Assembly: GCF_963676685.1 (NCBI RefSeq)
Contig: NC_092348.1
Span: forward strand, 67,394,001-67,458,000
From: Mytilus edulis
Lineage: Eukaryota
DNA length: 64,000 nt
Reading direction: 5' to 3'
Below, in pieces: positions 23,338 to 37,474 of this stretch; position 1 is the stretch's first letter, and each line of letters opens with the position of its first letter. The notes under the pieces were generated by a model. The model was not told the DNA's origin and did not search any database. It was given only the letters and a program-made list of their open reading frames with translations. The translations under genes and the position numbers were made by a program.

Positions 23338-24129
23338 TAATTTCTACACATCATATACTGCTTTATTTCTAAATAGACTCACAAAGGGCAAATACAATTA
23401 ATATCATAATATTATTATTAGGGGGGGGGGGGGGGAGGAGGATTTGTTTTGGATCGGTTATTTATTTTTGGAAACTAAGAGGAGTGGACAGGTTATCTAT
23501 TTTCTGCACTATTGAAGCAAGATTTTTCATTTTCATTAAAGCAAGGGACTGATTATTTATTTTCACAACTATAATTATAATATTCGAAAACATACAATTT
23601 TTAAATTATTTGTTTATTATAATAATACATGTGTAGTCAAGTCATTATAATATGTATCATTTAATCAGAATTAATCATCATCCAGAATTTAATCTTCTAA
23701 ACTCCCAACTGCATATACATGTATTGCATACATACAAAGTATTAAAGTTTGGTTGTATCTAGCCTTTTTTTTAAGTTTTGGGAAACATTTTTCGTCGAGC
23801 GGAGCGAGGCAAAACATATTTTTGAAGGGTTTTGGACCCATTGAAGGCCGAGAAGCAAAAGAACAAATGATACAAAATCATGCTTTCTAGGTGTTCCCCA
23901 GACCCTTTCTTAATCTGAAAATGCAAGTTCTTTCTAAATAAATTTTTGACAATATTTTGGTCTCGAAGCAAAATGTATAAATTCAGTGGAAGATTTAAGT
24001 TTCTAGGGACCAATATGCATGATAAAGCAAAAATGTAATTGAATTCAATTGAGGGACAACAGAACTTGCTTCTTGCAAGGCACTCCCCGTGAATATAATT
24101 GGATATGGAGACGAGCATTTAGTTTTGAA

Positions 24130-24893
24130 AGGAGTAGGTTCAGTAAGACACCTTTTTGGCCCCAAATATAGCATTTTTGGAAAATTGTGAAAATGTAATC
24201 TTTAAGCGATATTTTGGAAAGTAAAATGCTTCTTCTACATAAATATGAGCTGTTTTTGACAATACAATGCACAAATATCGCGTTCTAGCATCATTAAGTC
24301 ATGCTAAATTTGGAGAAGGTCCAGTAAGATCCTTTTTTGGCCCCAAAATATAGCAGTTTTACAAAATTGTTAAAATGTAAAATTTTAGTTATTCATTGGA
24401 CAGTAGAATGCTTCTGCTACATAAATTTGGGCTGATTTTGACGATACAATGCACATATATCGGGTACTAGCACCATTAAGTCACGCTAAATTACTGAAAT
24501 CTTCACACAATTCTAGCATTTTAGTTAAATTTAGACGGTTTTCGTGTAAAACGAAAGTGGCCGCATTCGTGTTCATCCTAAATATTGAAATGTAAATTGT
24601 ATTTTTTAATAAAACATAACATATATATAAAGGTTGAGGATGAACACGGATGCGGCCACTTTCATTTTTGACAAAAACCATCTGAAAAATGACATTTTTC
24701 GGCATATTTGGTAGATTTTTCATATTTCAGCTTGAATCGTTTTTTTTTTATTACTAAATGAGTTAAAATCTTTCACATAAACTAATTGATTCAAATAAAA
24801 TAGACACTAAAGTGTTTAAAAAGGGGTCAAAATCTTACGTCAGATGAACATGAAATTTGAGGCCAAAATCGGTCCTTACCGGACCTACTCCTT
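24130..24893. mobile_element. Nested copies of the AAGGAGTAGGTCCGGTAAG TIR element
   Basis: Right terminus CCTTACCGGACCTACTCCTT at ~24874-24893; matches 8803-9240. Confidence 0.55.
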
Positions 24894-25024
24894 ACTGGAC
24901 TACTCAAAATGTTACCATTTTGGTTAATTTTTAGACGGTTTCCGTCTAAAATGAAAGTGGCCGCATTCGTGTTCATTCATAATATTGAAATGTAAGTTGT
25001 ATTTGATAATAATACAAAACATAT

Positions 25025-25503
25025 CGTCGGTGTTATGCAAAAACCTCGTATCTCAATTTTTTGCGGAAATCTTTTTATCAATTATTTAGGGTTAAATATG
25101 TATGTTCCACTGTATGCGAAAATATCTGATCTTCTAACCAATCATTAACCCCAATTCTGACATGTGACGAAAAAGTGTAGTCGGATTGATGAGACATTTT
25201 GTTGTGCGAAAATATCATATCTCTAAGAAAAACACATGGCACAGCAGCTGACATTATCACAGGTACAGTTTTAACAATTTTAGATTCTCAAAGCTATTAC
25301 ATGATGAAAAGCTTTGAAAATACATAATAGGTGCAGAAATTTTTGCTCGTCTTGGTAATTGATTGGTTAGAAGATCAGATATTTTCGCATACAGTGGAAA
25401 ATACATATTTAATTCTAAATAATCGATAAAAAGATTTCAGTTTTTTCTGTCTGGTGTAAAATTATCAAAACCTTAGATACGAGGTTTTTGCATAACAGCG
25501 ACG
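25025..25503. mobile_element. Fold-back MITE inserted in another repeat
   Basis: CGTCGGTGTTATGCAAAAACCTCGTATCT / AGATACGAGGTTTTTGCATAACAGCGACG; ATAT flanks; internal inverted homology. Confidence 0.65.
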
Positions 25504-25579
25504 ATATATAAAGTTTGAGGATGAACACAGATGCGGCCACTTTCAATTGAAATTTCTTTCAACATGTTCAAATAAAGAA

Positions 25580-27055
25580 GGCACTGGCTACGGTTACATG
25601 GAAATGTAACAATAATAAAAATATTATTGTTACATCGGAGACTAATTGTCGGAATGCAAAGTTGGGCAAGGAACCGATTAATTACGAATGTAACAATAAT
25701 TATTGAGGCTACGGTTACATTGTGTTATTGTTACATGAAAAACAGCAATGTACGCTAAATTTATTAAATTTAAATCTTCTTTAGCTGTGTTGTTTAATTC
25801 TTTCATATGTACTAATTAATACTTGTTATAATGATAATTAATAAGTATTATTATTATACAAATGATGTTTAAGTTGTTTTACACATTAATCTTAAAGGTA
25901 ATAAAAATACCTCAGATTAGCAGTGTCAAAATTAATGCGAAAAATATAGTTTGTTGTTGAGAACTGGGGCTGATAAAGTGTTCACTTTTTGAAGTATTTA
26001 ACTGCACACCTTCTCTTATTACTGTCATTATATACTTTGAACAATGGATGAAGAGATTTATTTTACCAATTTAGTTTTGGATGAAAAACTTGGGATGCGT
26101 TTGAAACGAAAATGAAACAATATCAAGACACAAATTTCATACAGCTCTATAGCTATAGCTCTATACAAAAGCAACTCCAAAAAATTGATACATCAACTGA
26201 ATCAAAGTTTGTTAACTGCTAAGTTGGATACTGAAATCTGAGGAAAACCTAACATCCGTAATGGACGGCTATGCAATCATATTGAAAGACAACATGAAAC
26301 TACACCACATGCTTTCAACCAAAAGATCGGATGAGAATATCAACATTGCGAGAGTAAAATAGTATTTCTCACCGAAAGCATGGCAAACATTAAAGACCGA
26401 CCGTGCAAGGGCTGTATAGCCAGTCAAGGTCGTTAAAAACTTCCATTTGTAACATTAAAGATTTCCTTATCTTCTAAAAGGAATATCGCAGAATTGAATT
26501 GCACGGTATGCGATACAGACGTTCACAGCGGAGGGTAGAAGGGGTCCTGATCCCGACATCCCGGGCTTAAAAACATGAAGTCCCGAGGTCCCGAATTAAA
26601 AAAAAATAAATCCCGATCAATCTCGATATCCCGAGCTTAAAAAAACACCCGATCCCGCATCCCGAAAAAGGTCCTGCCCCCTTATTACTGGTGTGTGATG
26701 GCTGCTTGGAGTGGATTCGTTAAAATGATGTGTCGGACTTAAACATGCTCCAAAAACCACGTACTGGATATTTATAAACTGTCATTGTAAAAAAAAAAAA
26801 AAAAAAGACATTGTATGTATTGTAAATATAAAATAAATGTCTTAAACTTTTATTATTTAGTACATATTACAAGTCCCCATCGTACATTGCTGTTTTTCAT
26901 GTAACAATAACGCTATGTAACCGTAGCCTCAATAGTTATTGTTACATTCGTAATTAATCAGGTCCTCACCCAACCATGCATTCCGGCATTTAGTCTCCAA
27001 TGTAACAATAATATTTTTATTATTGTTACATTTCCATGTAACCGTAGCCAGTGCC
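25580..27055. mobile_element. Mutator-like non-autonomous element
   Basis: ~175-bp TIRs starting GGCACTGGCTACGGTTACATGG; 9-bp TSD AATAAAGAA at 25571-25579 and 27056-27064. Confidence 0.8.
26397..26450 (+). mobile_element. 54-bp mini-retroposon with 11-bp TSD
   Basis: AACATTAAAGA at 26386-26396 and 26451-26461 flanks CCGACCGTGCAAGGGCTGTATAGCCAGTCAAGGTCGTTAAAAACTTCCATTTGT. Confidence 0.75.
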
Positions 27056-27518
27056 AATAAAGAAATACTTGGCATGCGTAAAGTTTTATCCTGTCCAGTT
27101 TTACAGACAAAATTTCACATAACATTTCATTGCATATAAGAAAATAATCTTCACTGGAAGTTAAGCAATCAAATTTTCACTCTTTATTTTCTGTGTACAA
27201 ACTTTAGTGATCATGTAACCTCAAGTTTCCAAAATATTCTATAGAAACACCAAATAAAAAAGAATGATGTTTTGAAACAATCAAGATATATGTTTCCGAT
27301 TTCCACTGATTCCGATAGAATTTTGCTTTACAATTACACCTTGATACGGGTAATTATCAAGCTAGTGCTCATCATTCAGATTTTTTTAGGTCTTAATATA
27401 ATACAAACCTTTGGGGACATATTTGTTCTAGATCCACTGGTCAATTTCTTGTGTTATTTCAAATAGTAGTTTTTTATTTTTTTTTATTTTATTATGTGTT
27501 TTAATAATAAGAATAAAA

Positions 27519-28805
27519 CTATTTATAAATGTCCCATAAACTAATATGGCCATCCTTAGATCCACATGCTAATATATTAGCAGATGAAAATGTGACACAC
27601 TGAACACTTTCTTTATGGTATGACAGTACAGCTAAAGGTTTTAACTTTTTCACAGAATATATTCTGATATTAGAATCCCATCCACCAGAGGCAAATATCT
27701 TTTGATCATGTCTTATTGAAACACTAGTAAATCCTGGATTTGTTACTGTAATTTCTTTCCCTTTTAGTAAAGTGTTGTTCTCACTAATTGACCACGACAT
27801 AAAATTTTCATCAGCTGATCCTGATATACCAAAGTTTGATTGTGATGAGTAATCAAGGCACATGACAGATTCTTTGTGTATTTGTGACTTGTCGGCCATC
27901 TTAAAAGTCTTAGCATCCCACGATGCAATACACCCATTTTCATATCCAATCAAAATGTTGTTTTCAACAGATTTTACAGCCATGCACATTCCATATTTTT
28001 GCCCTGAAATATCTGGTTTCAGTTCTCCTATACATTGTTTTGTACTCATGTCATATAACTGTACTGCAGAGGTACTTTCAGTTGGTATAGCAATTTTATT
28101 GTCTACTATGGAACAAGCACAGTATCCAAAACTTGTGGATTTTATGACATCTGTAATCGAAATAAATCATCCTAAAATAACATTTCTAATTATAAGTAAA
28201 TATTAAATAACAAATTTTGCTTAAGTCAATTCACATACCAACTAGTCATGCTAGTATGGATGATACTTTTCAAATTCTTCAACATGTTCAATATTAAACC
28301 AATTAATTTTTGTTTTCACTTAATTATTAAGTCTAATGTTAACAAATAAATATAACAAGATAAAAATCACAATACCAGGTACTAAGAATAATTAGCAATT
28401 TATTTTGCAAGAAAATATTCAACTAAATGTTCTAAGAAGTAGCTTTTTATTAATCTTGTATTATCATCAATTGTTCTAGTTTTCCGACCGTGGACTGCAT
28501 GCATTAAATTGAAAATTTATATTACCTGTTTTTGTCCAAACATCTCCTGTTTTATTCCAAAACTGTATAAAGCCATCTCTACCTTGTGTAACCATTGTAC
28601 AATCACTTATAAACTCTATCCATAACACAGAATGTCCAGAATGACCGATTATCTTATTGACTGGGCGCTTAGTTTCCATGTCCAAGATGTAAATATTCCC
28701 ATTCTGATCACCAGAGTAGAGAACATCATTAGACCAATACTTCAAACACGTCACAGCACTCTCACTTCCACGTAATATGTAGACTGGATCTGGTCCATGT
28801 GCCAT
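27519..28805 (-). CDS. GNB1L: G protein beta subunit-like protein 1 (WD40), 303 aa, 2 coding exons
   Basis: Exons 28805-28526 and 28150-27519; PDPVYILRG, MVTQGRDG, IRHDQKIFASGGWD, KKLKPLAVLSYH, LACGSKDGHISLWDIY match the GNB1L/ASA1 family. Confidence 0.9.
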
Positions 28806-31487
28806 TGTGTAATCAAAACTGTAAAATTATACAATATTTGTCAATCACACATACTTTTTTCTGCCAAAGAACATGAAGAATCACCACAACAAGTAGAAAA
28901 CTAACGAAAAACTGACAAGGCAGCAAGGGCCATCCATGCTTGCACATTTTTGTATAAGGCAAAGAAACAAAAACATAACCATGATAACTGGGTAGAAATG
29001 ATTTACTGGACTTAAACATGGGTGTGAATATAACTGTTTTATATGAATGAATGTATATATACAATGTATACAATTTATAATATGAGGGTAGTGACATGAC
29101 CCCCCCCCCCCCTACCCCCCCCCCCCCCTAAAAAAAACAAAATATTGACAAAACAAAAACGAAACTACAATAACATTAAAAAAACTGTTCATGAACAAAA
29201 TTTATGGTCACTTTAAAACATGCTTAAGCCAAGCTAATTCTCTGTGTTGAAGGCCATACTTTGCCCTATAATGGTTTATTTTTTTTTACAAAATGTGACT
29301 TTGATGGAGAATTGATTCATTGGCACACATACCAAATCTTATGATATCTAATTAAGGTCATACAATTCAGTTTATTGGAGTTTATATTAACAAGTTATTT
29401 TAGGGATGTTCAGTTCCACTTTAGAAAATATAACAAATTGGGAAAAGATGAATTTTAATTGTCAGCTTGATAACAAGAACATATTTGACCCTCCTCAAAT
29501 TACCTCCAGCTTAATTATGTACGAATATTATGTCTTAATTTTTTTCAAATGTGACACCCTGTTAGTTATTCTTAAAAGGATAAATATTATAAACATAATA
29601 AACATAAACCACCTAAACCACGTCCAATTGTATTTTTGTCCATCTGATAAGTTAAGCCTTTTTCAATTGATTTTTATAGTTCATACTTATGTTGTACCAC
29701 TGTCCGAGGTTTGGGGGAGGGTTTGAATCCCACTTATATTTTTGACCCCGCCACATTATGAAAGTATGTGACTGTCCCAAGTCAGGAGCCTGTAATTCAG
29801 TGGTTGTCGTTTGTTTATGTATTATATATTTTTTTTTCGTTCATTTTTTGTACATAAATAAGGCCCTTAGTTTTCTTGTTTGAATTGTTTTACATTGTTA
29901 TTTCTGGGTCTTTTGTAGCTGACTATGTGATATGGGCTTTGCTCATCATACGGTGACCTATACCATGTATACATTTTTAGTTGTTAATTTATGTGTCATT
30001 TTGTTCTCTTGTGGTGAGTTGTCTCATTGGCAATCATACCACATCTATTTTTCTTTTTAGTATATAAACTATTTTCAAAGAAATGTTACAAATGTTAAGT
30101 GCATTTTTCTGATACTTATAAATATATGTAAAAAGATATTCCAAATCTTTAATAACTATATTTGTCCGACAATAATGAGATGCCTAGTTTTATTAGAAAC
30201 AACAGAAAATGTGGGTAAATAATGGAATACTAAGTGATCTGTATATGTATAAAGAATACTTGCAAGAGTCACAATTTCTGTCTACATACAATTTTCTCTC
30301 AAGTTTTTTAACTTTCACTTTATCCATGTGTTCTATTTTCATTTTCAAAGGAAATGTGAAAGTTTGTCTAAATAATCATCAATTACGGACATGACATGAT
30401 TTTCTTTTACCGGATCAACATCTTTTCGGGTTCTTGTATGCTGTGAATTCATACGTAGCTATTAAGGTCCTTTTGATGATTTTGATATTTGATAACCATA
30501 GATGTATGGCAAAAAAAAAATATTCAAGGACAATAGAGCTATGTTTTCAATTCCAAATTTTATAAAAAAAAGTTTTCAAATTTTAGTTTTTGGATTTTTT
30601 TTATCAAAGTTTTAAAATAGCAAACTACCAAATTTAATAATACCAAAACTGGACGTACAGTTTTTATTATTTGTTTTTTTGAAAGTTTGAATGTTTTGAT
30701 TTTTTTTTTATTGAAATATGATATGAAAGAGGAAAGGACTAAAAAGTGAATACCAGTTACACGGGCGAAACGGAATGAGAAGGGAACGAAACCAAATGAA
30801 AAATCAAATCTCTTGAAATGAAAACAATGATTTCTGAAATCTAAATATAATATAAAATAAGAATTTAACTTGATTGATCTGCAGGATGAAAACGATAAAT
30901 GTGATTCTTTCAATCGAACAATTATTACTTAAAGTAGTTATAGACCTGCCAGATTTAGATACACTTTGATTCCGAGTCTAAATAAATGAACAGTAAACAG
31001 AGCTTTGAAATAATTGTCAACTGTGTGATTACTTCTCTAAATGTGGTTATTGACGATGATAACAAAGTTATTAAAAACTATTTATTGAACAGGGAAATAT
31101 TAAAAATATTAATTCACTGCGAACAGCACGTAGAACCTTTGAAACAGCGTACATAGAATTTGGCGAGGCAGTTTCAAAAATGGTTAAAATCACAAGAGAG
31201 GAAATTCTATAAAACAAATAGTTGGAACAAAGTTTATTCATCAAAAAGCCACTAAGCTAACAAAAAAACTAACGAAACGCAAACAAAGCAATACAAGGTA
31301 CGTACCTAAGAGTAATAGCTGTCACTAAAAGCTATTCCAAAGCTAAACCCGACCGTAATCTGAATTAATCAGGTCAACCCCCCACCCCCGAGACAGTCAA
31401 CACAATAATTTATTACACTGAACTTAGAGTTCGTCAAAACTTTTATTCATACATTTCATTACCGTTATGTTTTTGAAACAACTAGTG

Positions 31488-32248
31488 TAAAATTGAGAAT
31501 GGAAATGGGGAATGTGCCAAAGAGACAACAACCCGACCATAGAAAAAAACAACAGCAGAAGGTCACCAACAGGTCTTCAATGTAGCGAGAAATTCCCGCA
31601 CCCGGAGGCGTCCTTCAACTGGCCCCTAAACAAATATATACTAGTTCAGTGATAATGAACGCCATACTAATTTCCAAATTGTACACAAGAAACTAAAATT
31701 AAAATAATAAAAGACTAACAAAGGCCAGAGGCTCCTGACTTGGGACAGGCGCAAAAATGCGGCGGGGTTAAACATGTTTGTGAGATCTCAACCCCCCCCC
31801 CCCCCCTATACCTCTAGCCAATGTAGAAAAGTAAACGCATAACAATACGCACATTAAAATTCAGTTCAAGAGAAGTCCGAGTCTGATGTCAGAAGATGTA
31901 ACCAAAGAAAATAAACAAAATGACAATAATACATAAATAACAATAGACTACTAGCAGTTAACTGACATGACAGCTCCAGACTTCAATTAAACTGACTGAA
32001 AGATTACGATTTCATCATATGAACATCAGGCACAATCCTTCCCGTTAGGGGTTTAGTATCATACCATCATAACATATATGAGAAGAACATAACCCGTGTC
32101 ATGCCAACAACTGGTTTTTGAATAAATGTGTATAGTTCCGATGCAAAGACCCTATAAGTGAATCAATATTAACGCCAAAATATGCAATCTTTAATGACCT
32201 GACAACAATATCGTAACTATATACCTTCTTAATAAGTCTATTCAAAGG
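31488..32248 (+). repeat. Dispersed repeat family, longest copy
   Basis: Matches reverse complements at 18600-18958 and 60105-60595. Confidence 0.7.
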
Positions 32249-32727
32249 TACCTTTTTGTGTCGAGTTCATGATTTAAGACTGAGAGTATATTGTATTTAA
32301 AGCTTTACAGACGCCGATCGGTTGTTTTACTGTCGCAAATTGAGTTTACCTATATTCGAAGCCTTAAACTATTGCATGCATGATAATACTGTAAATACAC
32401 AAATATGAAATAAAAGAAGAAATGTATTAACTAAATTTTGAACAAGAAGTAAGCAGTAGCATTTGGGTATAACTGTCAAAAAATACAGTACAACAGACAA
32501 GCCTACACACTTGTAGATTGATGATAGTTGTGTAAAGCAAGAAAGCGTTCCTCGTATAACTTCCAATTTTATAAATTTACTACCAGGACGTTGGCTGCAA
32601 CCGAAATTTGATACATTTTGCAAGAAATATGTCTTATACTTCAGGCAAATACTACAATTCGGCGGCAATATCCACAAAGACTCGCCATGGTTGAATTGAT
32701 TGGAGTCCAATGACCACCAATCAGTTA

Positions 32728-35700
32728 TACCCCCTTCACATACACGAATGTTTCTTACGAATGCTAACGAATCACCAAAATTTACAAGATTCGTTAAACT
32801 TTAACGAATCTTTTGCGAATAAACCACTTTTACGAGTGATTTGCGAGTGCTTTACGATTGGTTACGATTTACTAAGAATGAATGCGATGCTTTTACGATA
32901 ACAGTAGACGATTCATTGCGAATAGATACGAGCAATTAACGAATGCATACGAGTGTTTTGCGAGCACAATACGAATGGTAACGATCTGATCCAAGTTTTT
33001 ACGATTGGTTAACGAATAGTTTACGATAGCCCACGAACATTTGCGATTGAGTTACGAGTGTTTTACGAATGTTTATTTTTTTTGCAATGGGAAATGCATG
33101 CACTCATATAGATAGTAGGCCATACAGTCTCATTTATTATCCATGTAAACATTCGGAGTAACAAGACATGTCTTACGAGAGAAATAAATTATTACTCTTC
33201 CATAACTTCCTTCGACTTCTTCTTCCACTGGCACAGAGGGCAGAGGAAGAAAATCAACAACTGTTTCCTCTTTGTTTTAGGAGGAGGAGGAGGCGGACTC
33301 AACGTAGATTTTGGTGCAGGCCATGGCTCATCAGAAGAACTTTGTTTGGACAATATGACCAACTCCTGCATGAGCTTAACCGGGAAGATGCGTCTGGTTA
33401 CAGAAACTTTTTAAGAGTTGATGCCGACTTGTTTGGGGAGATACTTGACAGAATTACCCCTGCAATCAGAAAAAGCTCTACCTCTTTCAGGTAAGTACTT
33501 CAATTTTCAAGCAAAATAAAACAGAAATGTACATTAAGAATAATAGTTAGTTTTATTTTGTATGCTGACTATATCATATGAATATCCGACGGTGCCGAAG
33601 GACGAGGCTTGGATTTTCCGCATGATATAGTCAGTTTAGAAAACCATACTAACTGTTTTTTCAGAAATTCATATCTAAGTAAAAAGGTCAGCAAAACAAT
33701 CTTTTAAAAAATTTTCCTTAAGCACTTTGCTTCTAAATAATTCAATTTAATACAAAGTGAACAAAGTACGTGTTAGTAACGCCCCAAATAACGTTCGTAT
33801 TCATATGGAAGTGGGTATATTAAACTGTCTTGTCTTTTGTTATTCTAATGTATGACACATTTCCAGTTTACCTTTTATGCGACAAAAAATATTCTTTTAA
33901 TTGCATTGTAAGTTTAGATAAATATTTCTCGTTACAGGGAACCACTTGAACCAGGACTGAAGTTAGCCGTTACACTCAGACATTTGGCTACCGGTTCCAC
34001 GTATGCTGATCTTATGTATGCCTTTCGTGTTGCCCGGAACTCCATATCACTCTTTGTGCCTAAAGTCTGCGAAGCAATTTACTTAGCATACAAAGATGAA
34101 GTCATGCCGGATGAGATTACGACGGAAGATTGGATGCGTATAGCATCTCACTTTGAAAGAATATGGAACCTCCCACACGCTTGTGGTGCTTTGGATGGGA
34201 AGCACATTAGAATAAGAAAACCGCCTAACTCGGGGTCGTTATTTTTTAACTACAAACATTTCTTCTCTACAGTGATGATGGCTCTAGTTGATGCAGATTA
34301 TAAGTTTATTTGGCTGAGTGTGGGATCATACGGAAGTGCATCTGATAGCCAGATATTTAGGGACTCGGAACTACGACCAATGTTAGAAGATGGAACTTTG
34401 GATCTTCCGCCTCCCTCCCCTCTTCCAAATGGTGAAACAGATATTCCTTATTTTCTTATTGGCGATGACGCATTTCCTCTCCGATCATGGATGATGAAAC
34501 CCTATTCAAGAAAACGTTTAGACCACGATGAGCGCATCTTTAACTATAGGTTGTCCCGTGCACGTAGAATTGTGGAGAATGCTTTTGGCATTCTTGCCAT
34601 GAGATTTCAGATTTTGATTGGAACTATGCAACAACTGCCAGAAACAGTAGATTTAATCGTACTGTCTTGTACTACTCTTCATAACTTACTTCGGATAAGG
34701 AAACGTGCTGATCTACAACTGTTTGCTGACGAAGAAGACAACAATCATAATTTAATAGAGGGACAATGGCGACAAGGTGCGCAACTTACCGACGGAGACC
34801 CAGGGTATCAGAGAAATTTTGGTAACGCTGCTGGAATTGATCAAAGGAACTATCTTAAAAATTACTTCAACTCGGAAGCAGGCGCCGTAGATTGGCAAGA
34901 GAACATGATTTGACTGGTTCAGAAACATTGATTGTTTTGAATGCATCAGTATTGTGTTAATTGATGTAATGTTTAAAAATAAAAATTTAGATATAGATAG
35001 GACTATAAAAAATCTCAGAATGAGGTTCTATCATAATGAATAATTCACTCCAACTTTGTTTGACATACACTTTATAATACAAATTTGTTGCAATACTAGT
35101 ACTTGGAATGGTATTTAAGGGATAGAATATGAGTGAAGAAGGGGAATGTGTCAAAGAGGCAACGACCCAACACGCGCAAAAAAGAATAGGTTGAGTTTAA
35201 ACACAAACTTTGATAAGCATCAATAAATGAGTTTCAGAATGATTTTGACATTTAAGCTAAACGACGGTTGTCACACTTGAAGCAGGAGCTGCTAACCCTT
35301 CCAGGGTACTTGAGTTCACCACATTTTGTTTTTGTTTGGGGTCCATGTTGCTTTGTTTTTAGTTTTTGTTATGTTGTTATTTGTGTTGCCTGTTGTGTAT
35401 TTGCCATGGCATTGTCTTCTTTGTGGTTTATGATTATTGATTGCTCCTTAGTGTGTTCGAATTTGATTTACAACTAAATGTACATTGAAAAGGGCACAGG
35501 CGCCAAGTAATGGCAAAAGATTCCGTTTGCATATTACACTTTTCAGCGATGTCATTTTTTATTGGTTTTGTTTAAAAATTTTGGTTCCTAAAATAAACAA
35601 CATAAACAAATGTGGATTAACCTATTTCTTTTCATTCTCAAAAAAAGCTACAAATTTTCTGCAATCTACAAATAGTTATACATTTAAAGGTTCTCTATTC

Positions 35701-36297
35701 AAGATTTTCCTAAATCTTTTAGAATAAAAACAAAACCCCAATTTTATCGTCAAATCATTTGTTAAATATTCCTATTTGTAAAACATTCGCAAAGCACTCG
35801 CAAAGCAGTCGCAAAGTATTCGTATACATTCGTAAAGCAATCGGATATATTCGTAAAGCACTCGCGTGAATTCGTATCAATTCGTTAATCCATCGCAAAG
35901 CGATCGTAAACTGCTCGCAACTATTCGTAAATGAATCGTTAAACATTCTTAAATCAAACTGTTCACGATTTCTTGCGAATGATTTACGAGTTGTTGCGAT
36001 CGGTTAACGATGCATTAACGAATTGTTGCGAGTGATTTGCGAGCTCTTTACGAATGAAATGATTCGTGGACATTCGTGTAAAATTTTTGGCATGTCCAAA
36101 AATTTCCAAATAGTTTTACGAATCGATACGATTGTCTGCGAATGTCTACGATTTGTTTAAGAGTGGTTTACGATTGCTTGCGAGTGATTTACGATTGCTT
36201 GCGAGTGGTTTACGATTGCTTGCGAATGCTTGCATTTGATAAAACAAACAACATTCGTAAGGAATCGTAAGACACATTCGTGTATGTGAAGGGGGTA
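32728..36297 (+). mobile_element. PIF/Harbinger DNA transposon
   Basis: 24-bp perfect TIR TACCCCCTTCACATACACGAATGT, TTA TSD on both sides, subterminal TTACGA/TCGTAA arrays, transposase gene inside. Confidence 0.92.
33168..34913 (+). CDS. Harbinger (HARBI1-like) DDE transposase, 432 aa, 2 exons, intact
   Basis: Exons 33168-33490 and 33938-34913; GALDGKHI, IGDDAFPL, RARRIVENAFG motifs; YRNFLRVD and LAVTLRHLATG HTH region. Confidence 0.92.
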
Positions 36298-37182
36298 TTA
36301 ACGTAAATGACCCCACATGATATCTAACGTCGAAACGTCATAAACCTCTCTGGCAACCGTGTATCAGATTAGAACGTTGCCGCCTATCTGCCTGCCGCTT
36401 TTATACTGCTGAATATCTGAAGTTGAATTTTGAAAGTTTTGCGACGATTGTTGGCATCTCATTGTGAGGTAAGACTAATTTATTTGTCTTACGCGTCATG
36501 CACCCTAATTATGCAAATCTAATGCAAAATTAGCGAAAATAATTCATGTATAATATTTATCAAGTATTTCATTTCTCCTACCTCAATTTAATGCAACTTT
36601 GCAATATTTTTTTTTCTAACTCAAAGAGAATCTACATATTATTACGTTCATCCAACTTAATAGTTGCAATGGTGTTTTGTGTACTATTGTTTTTCTGTTG
36701 GTCCTTTCTTATTCAGCCAAGGCATTGTCAGTTTATTTTCGACTTATAAGTTCGTCCTTTTGATATCTTGTGCCTCTCTTTGACAACAAAGCTGCAAAGT
36801 TAAAATAAGCGATTTATTTCAATATTGGTTATTTCATGGAACCGTTTACCCAAAAGAAATCGTATAAAAAGGCTCTTGTAATTCTAGAAAAGTAGTAGCA
36901 ATTCCACCACTGCCGTCAGCATCTATTTATTGATTTATTTATGTTTGGTTATTGTTTCTTTTTTTCTGGAATATAGAACAATGACTATTGCATGTAATTT
37001 TGTGTTAAAGTCCATCATAAACATATAAAATAATTATAAAGTAAGTTGATGATACCGTAGTCTTTTCTCTAGCAGTAGTATGCATTTAATCCAAATTTTA
37101 TAAGTTAACACAAGTAAACTAACTAACTAATTTTATTCAGTATATAATCCAGTACAAAAGGATCATCGCTGAAACACATATA

Positions 37183-37474
37183 ACAAGAATGTGTCCTCAG
37201 TACACGAATGCCCCACTCGCACTATCATTTTCCATATTCAGTGGACCGTGAAATTGGGGTAAAAACTATAATTTGGCATTAAAATTAGAAAGATCATATC
37301 ATAGGGGACATGTGTACTAAGTTTGAAGTCGATTGGACTTAAACTTCATCAAAAACTACCTTGACCAAAAACTTTAACCTGAAGCGGGACAGACGGACGG
37401 ACGGACGGACGGACGGACGGACGCACAGACCAGAAAACATAATGCCCCTCTACTATCGTAGGTGGGGCATAAAA
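37183..37474. mobile_element. HINE/pearl-like short element (second copy ~51056-51367)
   Basis: ACAAGAATGTGTCC start, (GGAC)n microsatellite, terminal hairpin ATGCCCC...GGGGCAT, A-run. Confidence 0.65.

Noticed and set aside
31290-31320. Candidate non-coding first exon of GNB1L (minus-strand donor GTACGT)
   Set aside because: Plausible but unsupported without transcript data
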